A DNA stretch of 64,000 nucleotides. Source: Ramazzottius varieornatus. Taxonomy: Eukaryota > Animalia > Tardigrada. The stretch spans positions 1,509,145 through 1,573,144 of the forward strand of contig BDGG01000002.1 of assembly GCA_001949185.1 (NCBI GenBank). The letters are read 5' to 3'. The notes under the pieces are model-generated. The model was given only the letters and a program-made list of their open reading frames with translations. It was not told the origin of the DNA and made no database searches. The position numbers were made by a program, and so were the translations under genes. Position 1 is the stretch's first letter. Each line of letters starts with the position of its first letter. This document shows, piece after piece, positions 1-13,798 of this stretch.

Positions 1-41
1 TCAACAAAACGAGTGAGATAAGGGAGTGTATTACCACGTAC

Positions 42-3000
42 CATTTGCTGAAGCTGGTTGACCAGTTTATCCTTCTCGTTCCTCAGTTGTTTGGCTTCAT
101 CCGCCGCCCGGATGTTCTTAGCACCGCTGATCTCGATCAGCGCAATATGGGCATCTTTTTCGCTGATAGCCGCTAAGATGGCTTCTTGTCTAATGAGAAC
201 AAAATGAACAGAGTACTTTCTGGATTTCACCCATCGATCCAAAATCTATATTTAATCCACGATCTCCGCCACTAAGGCTTCTGTCTGGACCAGAGTGATG
301 AAAATATTTTAAAGAATGCTGGTGTAAAAACTGTACCTTAGGTCGTCCATCTTTAATTCTAACGAGATGTGGTCTTCCATCAGTCGGGCCATCTGATTAT
401 CCTTCTCATCGGACTGCGCTTGCACCCGTGCCAGCTCTTCGGCCAACCGTGTGTAGGTCTTTTCCATTTCCGTCAACTGGCCTTGACACTGTTTTACCTG
501 CACAACCACATTGCTCAAAGAACACAGTTTCTCTGACCAGCGAAAATTTTCACAAAATACGTGCAGAACCTGGATAACGGAATACGGAATTTCTGTCAGT
601 CTAGAGATATATTTGACCAGTACCTTTTCTTCGGCACTGCGCAGCTGTTCAGTTCGTTGAGCAATCACTTGTTCGCGTTCCTGCATCACACTGGCTGTTT
701 GAGTCAGCGCCCCCTCCAGTTGAGCAATATGGTTTTCTTTTTCCCTGACCCGCGCATCAGTCTCCGCCGATCCCTGGTTGACGGTGGCCTGTTGTCGCTT
801 CAACTGTTCACTCAGCTGGTGCGCCCTCTTTCGCTCACTATCATTCTCCGTCCTCAGCCTCTCCAGTTCCTGCTCCACCCGTTGCAGCTCGGCTTTCACA
901 CTGCTCAGCTGTTGATCCTTCTGATTTCTTTCCTTCTCGGCCTCCTGCAACCTCGTCATCACCCGCTGTACTTCTTCCCCAACCTCACCATGCTGACTCT
1001 TGGCCAAGTTCAGTTGCTCATCTTGTTGCGAACAGATCTTCCGCAAGGACTCCGCTTCGCGCGCTACCTGTTCACGTTCTTTGGTCAGAGTTTGCACTTG
1101 CTGCTCCAACTGCGTGATCCTCCCCTTCAAGCGCTCAGTTTCTCCCACGGTCGTGTTCTTCTCATTTCGACTTTGCTCCAATTGTTTCTCCAAAGCCAAG
1201 CATCTCGCTCGTTGGGTCTCCGCTTCACGCGCCAAGGTTTCCGCCTCGTCAGCCACTTGTTGAGACTGGTCCTCCAGTTTTGTGCAGTAATCCCTGTAGG
1301 TGTTCATCTCCTGTTCCAATTCCTCCACGCGTCCACGGTAGTTCTTCAGCTCTTGATCCAAAGCCGTCGCTCGGGCCTTGTACGACTCGGTCTCTTGTGT
1401 CGTTTGGCTGCTTTGCTGCTTGGTGTTGCGCAGCTGCGTCTCGAGGTCTTCGCATTGCTTTCTCCAGTGGTCAGCTTCTTTCTGATAGTTCGATATCTGG
1501 ATTTTCAGGTCGGATATCTGAGTCTCATACTGTGAGACCTTCTGCCGCGCAGCTTCGACTTCACGGGTGTGCTGTGCCAGCTGAGATTTGGCATCGGCTA
1601 GCTGTTGTTCAAGCTGACCAATCTTCAGTTTGTTCCGTTCAGATTCGCTAACCGTCTGAATTTGTTCTCGCTTGATTTGGTCCAGCTGAGCTTCTAACTG
1701 ACGTACTCGCTCATGCGACTTCTCGTTCTCTTTCCTCAACGTTTCCATCTGTTGTTCAAAGACGACGACCCGTTGTCGAGCTCGTTCGGCCTCGGACTTG
1801 GCTTGTTCTTGGTCCAACGCGCTGCGTTCGTATTCCCGTTCCGTCACAGCCTTTTGTTGATTGAGCAACTCATACTGACTTTGAATCTGTTTCAGTCGGT
1901 TCTGTAACCGTTCGTTCTCCGAAGTGATCTGAGCCAGTTCTTCACCGGCCAAGAATATACGATTCTCGTAGTCTTCGGACTGTGACTTGTACGTCCGTTG
2001 CTGCTCTTCCACTTGAGCACGTAACCTGAGGGTTTCTTCATTCACAGGCGCAGGCTGAACGTCGGTATTGACTGAAGTCGAAGTGAAGGAGGAAAAGGGT
2101 TGGGGGGAAGGCACGGAGGGCATAACGGGGGAAGGAGATACCGAAGAGGGAACTGGGGTGTTCAGTTGCTCTTGTCGAGTTCGCTCAATCAGTTTCTCCA
2201 ATGAGGATATCCGCGAACGCAGCCGGTCTGACTCGGTTTCGGTCTGGTGCAAAGCTTCTTCGATCGTGTGGACCTTTGAACGGAGACGGTCGTTTTCGGA
2301 CTGTGTACTGCTTCGTTCTTTCTTGTGGAATTCGATCTGAGTCTCGAGGGTGGTAATCTTGTGCTTGAGGTCGGATATCTCAGCGCTCAGTTGGAAGGAC
2401 GGTGGTTGATAGGCGGTTGCGCTTTCTTGGGATCGGTGCAGCTGCGAACGGAGGTTGTTCACTTGGGATCGCAGGTCGTATACTGTGGATTCCAGCGTGC
2501 GGATCTCGTCATCTTTACGTGTTGTGTTGGTGGTCAGCTCCGCGTTGCTCTTTTGTAGGCTTTCCAAGGTTTTCTACAATAGAAAACAGCCACCTTCCAG
2601 GATAATTCCCAAAACAATGAGTTCCGCAAAAACGAAAATATCGTAATTTTTAGAATGTCATATTTTTTGCGATTGAGGCCGGCAAACCAAACACACAAGA
2701 AGGTAGCTGAAGTGGCGCACTTGTACGGAGTAATTCGCCAAAAGCGTGCGCCACATAGACGAACGATCTCGTACGATTCTTTTGCTGTCTTAAGTAATGG
2801 AAATGTTTGTTTAATTTTTCGTTCGATTTTCAAGATTCAGGAGTTTTGTCGAACTACTGTTGTTGCTGAAAATAACTCAGGTCACCGGGGCAGACGCTCA
2901 TAATGTCGGAAAGTACTTTGGGCCGGGTTTGACAATTTTTCTCAAGCTCCAAAACTGCCCTGAGCGAGGATACTCCATTGCAATGTTGAAAGCTGACGCA

Positions 3001-6000
3001 AAAATGTTACCCTTATTAAGTTAACGACAGAGATAGCCGAAGAAAACCTCCAAGATTCGTTATACTACATCCAGTTTGCACAGGACAATCGATGAAGTGA
3101 TTTATGATCGATTGGTTATTCTGAAGAGGAAATTTATCGGAGCGTGAGGCAGCTGTGTTCGCTGTTTTAATTCGCAAAGTTTAGAGGGCTTTCACGGTTT
3201 GCCGAAACGAGCTTCGGCTAATACGGACGTTTCGGCATGCACTTGTTAATGGGAGCAAGTCACGCATGGATAGATCGTACCTGCTTCAATTCAATTTCCT
3301 TCTCCAAACTGTCAATCTTCAGTTTGTACTCGCGCAGCTCATGTTGATGCAAGTCCGTCTCCTCTTGCTTGTCTTTCTCCAAACGATCGCGTTGGTCCTT
3401 GAGCTTTTGTATCTGCTTTTCCTTGTCGGCTAGGGCCGTCTCCAATGTGGTCAAAGCAGAGTCGTGGCTGGATTGGTCAGCTTGGACGGTGGCCAGACGT
3501 GCTCGAGATAACTCCAGCTGGTTCTCTTTTTCCTTCACCAAATCTTCCAGGTTTTCTATCTGTGACATCAGCAAGACCGCAGTTAGCGTGCGCGTACTGA
3601 CACGATACAAGATGACAAAATGCCAAATTAATCAGTTTTGCAGTCGATCAAAACATGAACAGGAGGCTAAAAAATTTTAGTTCCCTGCGTTTATGATTGG
3701 TTATGGGAAGCGATTTGAAATGGTGAAAGCTTGTGTCAATTGTCTTTACTCGTTCAACAGTTGAGAACTCTGACCATTGGCAAGATGCGCTTTCAGGTCA
3801 AATGGCTGTAATTCGATGCTTTGACACACATTTCTCTGCGCGCAAAACCATATTCGAACGTTTCCTTACCTTGCGTTGAAGGACGTTGAGTTTGCGGTCT
3901 TTGATATCCATATGGTCCTTAATCTCCGTCAATTCCGCCACAACGCGGTTCTTCTCGGAGACGGCTTGTGACGCTTGCTGCGTTTTTCTTTCAATAGTGC
4001 TATTCTTCTCTTCCAGCCGTCGGCGAACTTCGTCGAGCTAAATGACAAATGCCATTATGACAGAGAAGGAGTGGTGTCGCATGTCTGAACTACACTAAAA
4101 CCAGTTAAGCCGGATGTGTACTGTCTTGTTCGTACATCAGACTGGAGTACACTAATCTGCTCGTCTTTGGCCGTGATCGATTCCTTCAAGACGGCAATGT
4201 GCTTTTGATAGTCGGAATGCTGCTGCGTCTGGGCTTCCATTTTGGTCTTCAGACTGGCAATCTCCGTCTCTTTGCGGCTCACCTCGTCGCGTAGTCCCTC
4301 AATCTATGATGAAGGAACGAACCAATCATTGGCTGCGCTCGTACTCTAAGCTGGTAATTTCATCAAGTCAAGCTGCGATAAAGACTGTCAGGACATACGA
4401 ACTACGCACCCGTTCTTTCATTTGGCGCTCTTGGCTCTTCAGTTGTTCGCCTTGCCGAGACAATTCCGCGCGTCGGTCGCGCTCAATGGCCGCGCTTTGC
4501 TCCCTGAATCGATTCAGCTCTTCTTCCAGCAACTTAATGTCACGCTCCAAGCTGGCAACTCGCGATTCCTGTCGATAGATAATCATCAACCTTCCATCTT
4601 TTCGGTGAGAGTGCAAATTAAACACTAGGTGAAAGACTTCCGTTTCGGATCACTGGCTTAGTACGGATGGATCCTGATCAAATAAAGAATCGTCGAACCG
4701 CAGAGACTTGTCTTTTGTGGGTTGGCTGCTATCCCATCACCTTTTCTGCTAATCACGTTCTGACAAACGAAAAAATCAATAACTAGATTGTGAAAACGTA
4801 CCATAAATTTTAGTTTGTCAAGATTCAGAACTCTCTCGTATTAATGGAGTTTTCGGTACACTGGGTACAGAAACCCGGTTGACTAAAAACGCTGCTGTAA
4901 AATACTTCCGCTATTCCCTCTGCTACGTACCAGGTCTGTGTTACAGTAGTACAGTATACGCAAAAATTAACCGTTGATAATCGGCGTAACAATTAAACTG
5001 GAGCTTAATTATCGTGCGACCAACGACAAAGATGGTTTTGGTCCGCACGCAGATTTCATTGGTCACTGCCATCTATGTAGCTTCATCCAACACCCATTTT
5101 CGATGGTTGATTTTAGCGTACACTGTATACCGTGTGTGGCGCCATCTGCACTACAGTATACCTCACATGCAGCGAACGTCTCACGGCAGAGCGGTCACGG
5201 TACAAGCGGTGCACGCACGAAGGGAAAGTTTGGGTCGGTAGAAGTAAGGGCAGGCGAATTCGAGACAGCGGAGCGAAAACACGGACGTACCGACGTACGT
5301 CCGCAGTTCTCCCCCTGCACCTTTCGATTGTTCTCTACGGTTGAATATTTCAGTTTGCCGTCACTTTCGTCCGGCCCAAACTTTTGACTGGCTCAGACTG
5401 TTTTCCGTACGTCTAGGGCGTTGCAATGGAGTCGGAGTGGCCCCCACATCATTATGTACCGTCGAAGAAAGCACCTTGAGCAAGCAAGGTAAACTGATAT
5501 CGTAAGCTCTTGATTGGTAGATTTTTGCACCCGCCTGAGCTGCGTGTACCTGGTTCATCATCGTCATCTCACAAATTAAATCCAAATTAATACGCCTGAC
5601 TTTTATTCCTATGGCATCGGAACAGTTTTTCTTCGAGGTGACCGGCATGGAGATCTTTTCTCAGAAAGTTCGGCGTGGAGATTTCTACGAAGCATTGTCT
5701 GAGCTTGATAGACTTAGTAGGCTTTTCAACATCGCGTGACAGCTTTTTTCTGAAGACCCGTAACTTACGGCTTTCGTTTCCTAGAGCCTTGGGAAGGATG
5801 TGAACAAGTTTTTTCTTCACTCAGATACCAAGAAAGAATGGTTCGAGGCACTAAGAGTCGAAATCCAGACTTAAAATCTCCATACCGGTTACTTCGTATC
5901 GCCTTTCTTGGTAGACTGCAAATGTATACAAGTCCCTCTGTCCTTACCTTCATGTCAACAATGGTCTGCCAGGCGCTGGCTCGTGACGCAGGATCACCGT

Positions 6001-9000
6001 CACGTAGCAGTAGTTCGTATTGATTTTGCAGCTGGCGTAATGTGTCGCTCTGCATATTGAGATCCTGAAAACAAACACGACATGCCAGCTGTCCCCATAT
6101 CACCCCGCATACCCGCCTGTTACGGTGTGCACATCCGCTCTGTCATAGTTACTACGTCACCGTCACTCTTGAGACCCTCACGGGGACCTGCATGCAAAAT
6201 TACACCGCAATATGCGGTGAACAGTGGGGGGTATTGACCAACCTCCTTGACTTTGCTCATTTCCCTCTGTTTCATCTGCAGGGTTTCATCCAGCCTCCTG
6301 GCGCGGCTTTCCGCTTCAAAAAGCCGCTGACGCGTCCGTTCGTGATCCGAGCGGAATTCTTCCTCGATCCAGCGCAGATTACTGGTGGGTGCTTTACTCT
6401 GTAGCATCTCCAGCAGTTTCTTGATACTTTCTTCCCTGGATTCCAACGTAAGTCGTTGAGCATCCATCCGGCTTTCCAGTTCGCGGATAGAGTCGCGCAG
6501 CTGTTGGTTGTCCTTAATGAGGCGTTCCCGCTCGGAGCGAAGCGACTCCAGGTCTTGATGCATCGCCGGCCCGCCCTCGAAGCGGAAACGGTCATGACGT
6601 GAGTTACGTTTAAGCTCATCATCCAGCTGCTGGATAATCTGCGAGTGCTTCTGCAAAAGCGAACAAATATGTTGAGTCAATAGGGCAAGATAAAACGTGG
6701 GGGATGTAGGTTAGAGTTTATAGGACTATATCAGTGTACAGTGTGGTGAGTGGCAAACCTCAATCAGCTGTAACTCAGAGGTGCATGTGCGTGCCAATTG
6801 CCGCTCTGGATTACGTAAACCGGAGACCATCACCGTGATCAACTAACTGTAACCGATCGATTGCGATTTTCAGCCCACATAACTTGACTTGCTGTTGTTT
6901 CCCTTGTCCAAACTGGCTCCTTTCAGTCCGAATTTCCAAGTAGCTTTATAAATATTGCAGCGTTCGAGAACATAACCTTGGCAGCCTTATATAAAGCTTG
7001 GAAAAGTGCACGAGTCGAAAACCGGGTTTTTGTATAATTGTATTGAATCCCGAAAACTCACTAGAATGGTATTTGCCTTCGAAAATTCTTTCGGGATAAC
7101 AGTTACAGTCTGCACCTGGCGATAACCGCAGGGAATTCTGGATCTGGGCTTTCCAGTTGACGTCATAGAGATTTCCTGGATAAGCTTGACGATCACATTT
7201 GATGAGCGATGACTAATCCGTCACGCCGCAACACAAGTAGTTTGGGGTCCGATTTCGCCTCATAAAACGATCTGAGGTATCCCTCTCACAATACTCCACA
7301 GCCCGTATTTTATTGTCGTCATTCTGTCACAGTACATTATTTTTGCAAAAAAGAGCCGTCAGTTGGTTGTCAAGGATTACATCTTACAATAGCCAGCTTC
7401 TTCACGCATGAGACAGTTCCTGCCAATGCAAACTACTTTCAGTACCGATATTCAACAGACCCTTCTGAAAGCATTAGCTTTTTCGGTTCGTCGATCAGAC
7501 TGACGCTAAGTGACATTGTCTGACGTAGGTCTATTTTTGTCGCGAAATTGCTCAAAGATGCAGAAAAAAACAACCATTCATATCATCTTTTCGTATTGAT
7601 CATCTCTTCGTTCAGCTTAGTGGATTGGGGAAAAGGTCGAAGCTGACAGCGGCTCATCCTCGATCGTTTGTGCTCTTTACGATGCACAAGCTATCTAATC
7701 GCAGCAACTTTAACATGCGCAATCGGAAGAGCTGGATTTCCCACCATCGTAATCGATTGATGGCCATCATGCGCGCACTAACCACGGGCCGTGGTAACGG
7801 TCGTGCCGCAGCATGTTGGTGACGGAAATTGTGTAACCCACAAAGGGCCACAGCTTCGGCCATTATGCTTCATCACGACACCCACAAGCTCAATTTGAAT
7901 ACTTGTGATCTTTCCAACAGAATGTGCTCGTCTATCCCGATGAAATGTATCTTTTCCAGGGTGGAAACTGTGCGATTCCTGTGAGCCTACTTCCCAGCCC
8001 TCATGTGTGGTTAATGTGGTCCCGAAGATTTTCATGAGCAGTGATGAACTGTAGGCGCGACGCGTGAAACTTTCACCTGCACCAAAGCAAAAAACTGTAC
8101 GCCGTGTTTTTGATTATGCCATGTCGCTTTTTTCCCAACGCGAAAGGTTTTCCCGTCTATCGCGATCGTGTATACTAACCGCTAGATTGCGCTAATAAGG
8201 CGAAATACTTGAGCCGAGAGCATTACTCGCGTGTCAGGCATGCGGCGTTGCCGTACACAAATACCCTCACCAGCACGATCACGGTCCGTGGTTAATGTGC
8301 GTACGATGGGCATCATTCTAGAACGCTGGCTGGATATCAGCTCTTGCGATTGCGTATCTTACGGACGCTGACACCGGGGCAGGAGAAGGAACACCGGCTT
8401 TCGCCCTAGACAACTGGGTAACATCACAGAGTGTATGATTCTATCTGGTGGCTCTCTTTTCATTTTAAAGCTGCGCTTTCTAATCTGACTTTTCCTCCAT
8501 AATTCCTGCATGGGGGTCTCTACCGACCAGAATTAGAGTCCTCACCTGAGGTTGTCTGCCCGAGCATATTAAATAAACTAAAATAAAGTATCAGTGAGGT
8601 TATCGGTAGTGCTCCAGCGAACTATGAGCTCGGAGACCTTTGTCGAGAATGCCGGACGGATGAAGTCTAGAAAACTGGCTGCGTGAGGGACGTCAGAGGA
8701 TACTGCGCACTTGTGCCGTTGACTCAGTTATTGAAAGAGCATTAGGACATACAAAAGGTTGACGCCTACCTGATTTTCCAAATTGGCCAGCCGAAGTTGT
8801 TCTTGGACCAGCGCAAACTTTGCAATCTCCTCTTTCCTCAAAGCCCGTTCCTTTTTCAGCTCCGGACTCCAGAAGGTTTTAATACTGCTCATGCTCGACT
8901 GCAACTTTTGCGTTAAAGATTCCACTTCCTGTCGCAACTGTGTATTGATCTTATGCAAATCCAAGCACTGGTTCTTCAGAGTCAACAAGGGGTCCACACC

Positions 9001-10470
9001 ACTGGCCGCTCCCGTCGCCGTGGCCCCCGTACTGGTTATCGCGGCTACAGGTGCCACAGCCACCGGTTGGCTGATAACTTGAGGAACTTGGGCCGGCAGC
9101 ATCGTCGTGACCATCTGTGGCATAGTCCGTAGCTGCGCCGGGTTAATGGCCATGTTGTTCATGGTCAACGCTGTGCCGTAGCCACCGTCCTGCATAGAGC
9201 TGGTCCGCATCATGGGGTTGCCATACATGAGGGAGTTGTGCGACAGCGAGTTGTGCGGTAGGGAGTTGTAGGTTTGCATCATGTTGGCGTAGGTCCCTTG
9301 ATCAGGCTCATCATACCCTCCGTAATCCATGTCATTTCTCGATTGGGACAGCCGTGTTCTCCGAGGGTCGTAACTGGCATAGGAGTTATTTTGGAGGAAG
9401 AACTCACGGTCTATGGAGCGATCCCGAAGGTTCCGCTGGGAGCGTTGAGCAGTGTTGAGTTCGCGATCTAGGGACTCGTCGCGGGTCAGACTGCGGGCCC
9501 GGTTGAGGCCACCACGTCTGGTCGGACTGGATGACCGTTGCTTCGAGTCATAGGACTGCTGGTTATTGTTATTGCTGTTGTTGTTGTCTTGCAAGGGGTA
9601 ACGACTACCTGGATAACTCTCCAGAGGCTCATGCTGATTGCGGTACATCAAAGGGCTGTTGGCACCTGAGCGCGAACGACGACTTGCCAGTGCCGACGAC
9701 GTCGTCTGCTGAGTGGGCCCGCTGAAAATTTCAACCTTGATTCCACTTCTACCTTTTTGCATGAACGTTAGGCAAACAAGTAGCAGCGAAAATTTTTTAA
9801 GACAACAAATAGAGCTTGGGTAAACATACTCTACCAGATTGCCTGTTTGAAGTGGCGCACGCGTCGAGCAAATATCACTGAAAGGCGCGCCACTCAGGGA
9901 AACGAGTTTGTCGAGTTTGTTTGCCGAGCTCCCAAATTACGGACTGCACACTGTCGATTACGACCGCAACACTTCAGGCACGTGAATTTAACATAATCGA
10001 TCGACTCGGCGCAGTAACATGAGTGTACTTTGCGCAATTAAAATTACGGTGCCGTAACGGTTGGAAGCTTACCTGGGGTTCGATCCATGGTTGATGGGAG
10101 AATCACGGGTGGACGCCGGCGTAGACAAGGCATGTTGGCGTTCGCGTTGTCTGGGCTCGCGAGCCCCACTGGATAAACGCTGGTACATCTGGCCAGCGCG
10201 GGCATTGGCCGGCGATTGTCCACGTTGGTTTGACGATTGATCTCGAGACTGATTTTGCGACGACTGATTATTATACGACTGTTGCTGGCTGTTACCACGA
10301 ATGCCAGCTGATTGAGCGTTGTAGTTGTTGGAGCCTCCACCACCACCACCACCTCCGCCGCCGCCGCCTAAAGAGGTCGATGAGGAGGGTGGAAGAGGGC
10401 CAGGATTAGAGAAGCCCGAAGTGCCGCCGCCTCCGCTGGCACCCGATGAGCGACCGTACATTTGCAGCAT
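42..10470 (-). CDS. ELKS: ELKS/CAST/Bruchpilot-family presynaptic active-zone coiled-coil protein (3' end beyond the left edge)
   Basis: Exons traced with in-phase GT-AG junctions: 10073-10470, 8770-9721, 6243-6650, 5948-6064, 4410-4568, 4136-4303, 3870-4037, 3281-3559, 624-2573, 337-497, 42-189. Family motifs: MYGRS N-terminus, KLQSSMSSIKTFWSPELKKERALRKEE, RQEAILAAISEKDAHIALIE. Confidence 0.93.
2675..2790. mobile_element. Short palindromic MITE-like repeat, AGTGGCGCAC family, copy A (ELKS intron)
   Basis: Core AGTGGCGCAC (2711)...GTGCGCCAC (2746); flanks resemble the copies at 9812, 40111, 41742 and 42329. Confidence 0.6.
9812..9931. mobile_element. Short palindromic MITE-like repeat, AGTGGCGCAC family, copy B (ELKS intron 1)
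   Basis: GAGCTTGGG...AGTGGCGCAC-N24-GCGCGCCACT...GTCGAGTTTGTTTGCCGAGCTC. Confidence 0.7.
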
Positions 10471-13400
10471 TTTGTTGTCTTTGCGTACACAGTCGTCGTT
10501 CCCTTTATCTCTCCACGGCTCTCCCTAATGCCTCTCTTTCCACAGTTACAGATTCACTCTGGGGAATACAGACAGGTCACAATCAGCTACACATATTCCA
10601 GTCCATCGATTGGAACCCCGTTTTTCGATGGATCAATGAGCAGATATCCGGCGTTGCTCGTTGGCACGCTCTCGTCCTCATTTGGTTTCGGCGCAGTGTC
10701 CCACAACGTTCAGCGTGCACTGCATGGGACGTCCCTCTTCCCCAGTTATGTTTACCAGTATCCACTTCAACCCTTTTTGTACGGTGCTCTGTGTTGCGCA
10801 ACACACAGCAGTACGGTCCGTTGTAGGTGCACGTGTGGACTGTGGATTTCCTTCTAGGGTTGCTTGGATTAAGAGAATTTCCAAACCGGAGGGATTTTGG
10901 CGAAGAGATGGCGCCACTCGAACGAGGAAATGACTTTTCAATGGGGAGAATCGATAAGATGGTAGTAAGACGCTATAAACTGGAGACTATGAGCACAAGG
11001 CACTTTACGTAATTTCCAGAGTGGTCGAGCACCGTTGACTGCTGACAGGTTGGGTCGCCGCCCTTGATTGAGATGTTTCATTAGGCTGTGTGTGCATGCG
11101 TATTCGCAGACTGACTTCTCATCGTGGATATGGGAATGGGATGAACGGGCCAAGCCAGGACGTTGCGCTTTACACGAGAGAAGGACGTGGCTGGCTGCTT
11201 CAACGACGGTAATGATCGTCTTCCTTGAGGATAAATATTTCCCCCCACTTTAACCTATCCTTGAATAATCAACTTGACGATGCATGTGGCGATGGCTTCC
11301 TTCTTCGGCACGTACTCGTTGACGACATTGTTACACGCCACATCAATATTTAATCACGCCAAAAATAATACTTGTCTCTGGAGCCTCCTTGCAATTGTAC
11401 GGCAATCCCAACAAAACAGGCAAATGAGTTGGTCAATTAGAAATCCGGGAAGCTTCGAGCAATCTGCAAGTCCCACAAATTGTACAAGTCATGATTCAAG
11501 CAGCAAAAAAACGATTGTTGGAGATACATTCACGATGAATAAATCAGATGTAAAACTAGTCATATCTCTTGAATTTGGTCAAAAGTCTGCGAGTTTAGAA
11601 ATACAGAGGAAAAATTCAGACTCCGAGAGAAAAGTTAGATTTAGCGTAACTGAGTGCGCCGTGGCCACAATAAAGGATATGCAAAGTCTGGAAGTTTTAT
11701 GGGACCAAAATTGACTTGACGTACCAAAGTCGGTGTGTGGCATTCACTGAAGAATGACAGCCAGCAGGAAGCACGGGGATAAATCACAGCAGGTACAAAA
11801 AGGAAGAATATAACCTGGTCCAGGCACTATTGCATTCATCAATCCATACCCCCACAAAGTAGAGCCAGGTTGAATGCATTAAACAGGAAGCGTCAAACAA
11901 AAAGGTACATGGGATGCTTTATGACCGGACGACCAATAGCACAGACCACAAACAGATTTAGTAGTCTCCAGCTATTCAGCACACGGATGAGATATCACCG
12001 CCAGTGAGAACACGTGAAGACAAGCAATATTCGTCGAATGTCAAACGATACCCCAAGTAATATACTTTTTTTTCTCATCTCGCACTTGTCGCACTGTACT
12101 CCACTCCAGGAAATACGCAGGGCGGGAGGATTCTCGATGAGCTGTGAGCGGCCAAAGCAAATAAACTCTGTAGGAAATTATCTGACACTCGAATTTGCTG
12201 CCTTGCATGAATTCACCTAAAACCGAGACTTCTCTTACGCAACGCGTCGATCTTGTTACTTACAGCTCGTGAGCGCGCTGCTGGGAAGACTTGTCCCTTA
12301 CTCCGGGTGAATGTTGTACGGCTGTATGGGATGTGATGTTGGGTCTATTGAAGGGAGGCCTCCGATAAAACTTGAGTGCCAGCACACTCCACATGCTCCC
12401 TGTTTAAACTTGCTTTGCCAACTCTCCTTTTCCGCTAACTCCCCTCCTGGTCCCTCTCTCTCTCTTCCCCTTAATTTCTGGCATGCATGCCGCTTGTGTA
12501 CGTAGGATAATGTGGACGTCTCGGCCACCGACATGCTCAAACGTTGACAAACGATATATGACATGTGGAGCTACATAATACTGTACTCTTCTGGAACGAA
12601 AAATCCATACGTTGCTTCCAACCTGGTGATCTGACGGCAATCCAGAATCTTCCTGTTCCCTCAATCTACTACGCGCGGAAAACATGGATGAACTGAAGAA
12701 CTGAAACGGACGAAAACTGTACAATATTGCTCCGGAAAACCTTAAAGCGCCGGAAACGAGCTTTGCATAGTTGTGCATGGAATAGTAGAATAGAAACTAG
12801 GGTGGATTCTCGTATCACACCTCGCGTCAACGTTTTGTGTTCACGTGTTAATGGTCAAATGAAACCTAAAAAAGTCTAGTGATCGAACCCTCTTGTCCAT
12901 TGTACGGTGGACCGCGGGTTTTTCGTCGGCGAAGGGGGGAACTGATTGATGCACGAGTGTTTATGGCTGACGTCGAATAGATCGTCACTCGGTGGCGATG
13001 ACGGGCTTGGGGCTCTCGAGTAGAGGGATTTGCATAACGAGCCGTCTCTGAAAAGACAAGGATCCGGCCATTGACTTGATCGCGGATCGACGCGCTCCAA
13101 ATACCGCCAGACAGCATGACGCAGGATCTGAATGTTCAGCTGGACTGGAGCGCCGGGCGGGTGTTCTAGTCGGTAACATACTTCTGTAAATGTGCGCAGG
13201 ATAAATGTTTGTGCAGACATCGAGTACCGAGTCGTTTTACGGATGTTGGGACGGGAATTTCGTTACGATGCACGTCACAACTCACTCACATGATATATGA
13301 GATCCGGGAGACCCGTTTTGTATGTTGAATTCAGGTTTCTTCTTCGTCTCGAGTGCGCCAAAGGGGTTTGCTCAGACTCAAGGTCATCTCGTTCTTTGGA

Positions 13401-13798
13401 GAGGTCCATGTGATTGTTACACTGGAATTTTTGGCTCTTACTGCGGGAGTTCGACCTGCAGCTTCATGACGGACCGGAAGGGTGCGGCACACTCTTTGCT
13501 AAACTGGGGAGTAAATAAGCAAGCTCTTTGCGGTAAGTTCGTACGGGAAAATGCGGATGGTTCGAGGGCGTACTGCGAAGACGACTCTTGCCGTTAACGA
13601 TTTGTTGGAAAGCACTCAAGAAAGCGCCGACTTTGGTCTCGTCAGCAATGGCTGACTTGGCAGTGCGCACCCTTCGGCGTCAAGCTCCGTCAGTAAAAGG
13701 TACGAAGGCACCGAGTAGCCTGATGAAACTCCCAGACGTATGAAACTTCCTTAGTTCTTCGTGGATCTCGGTAACCGATCCTCACACGACCGAAAAAA

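Noticed and set aside
498-623. Non-coiled-coil stretch VLVKYISRL...NVVVQ in the 752-aa ORF
   Set aside because: A 126-nt in-frame GT-AG intron read through by the ORF caller.
561-1535. 324-aa Leu-rich + strand ORF and similar overlapping ORFs
   Set aside because: Antisense shadow of the Q/E-rich ELKS coiled-coil exon; no ATG start.
10325-10528. Poly-proline ORF
   Set aside because: Antisense of the poly-Gly tract in ELKS exon 1.
11274-13670. Several 60-146 aa ORFs upstream of ELKS
   Set aside because: No motifs, coherent splice structure or coding bias; likely UTR, intron or promoter sequence.
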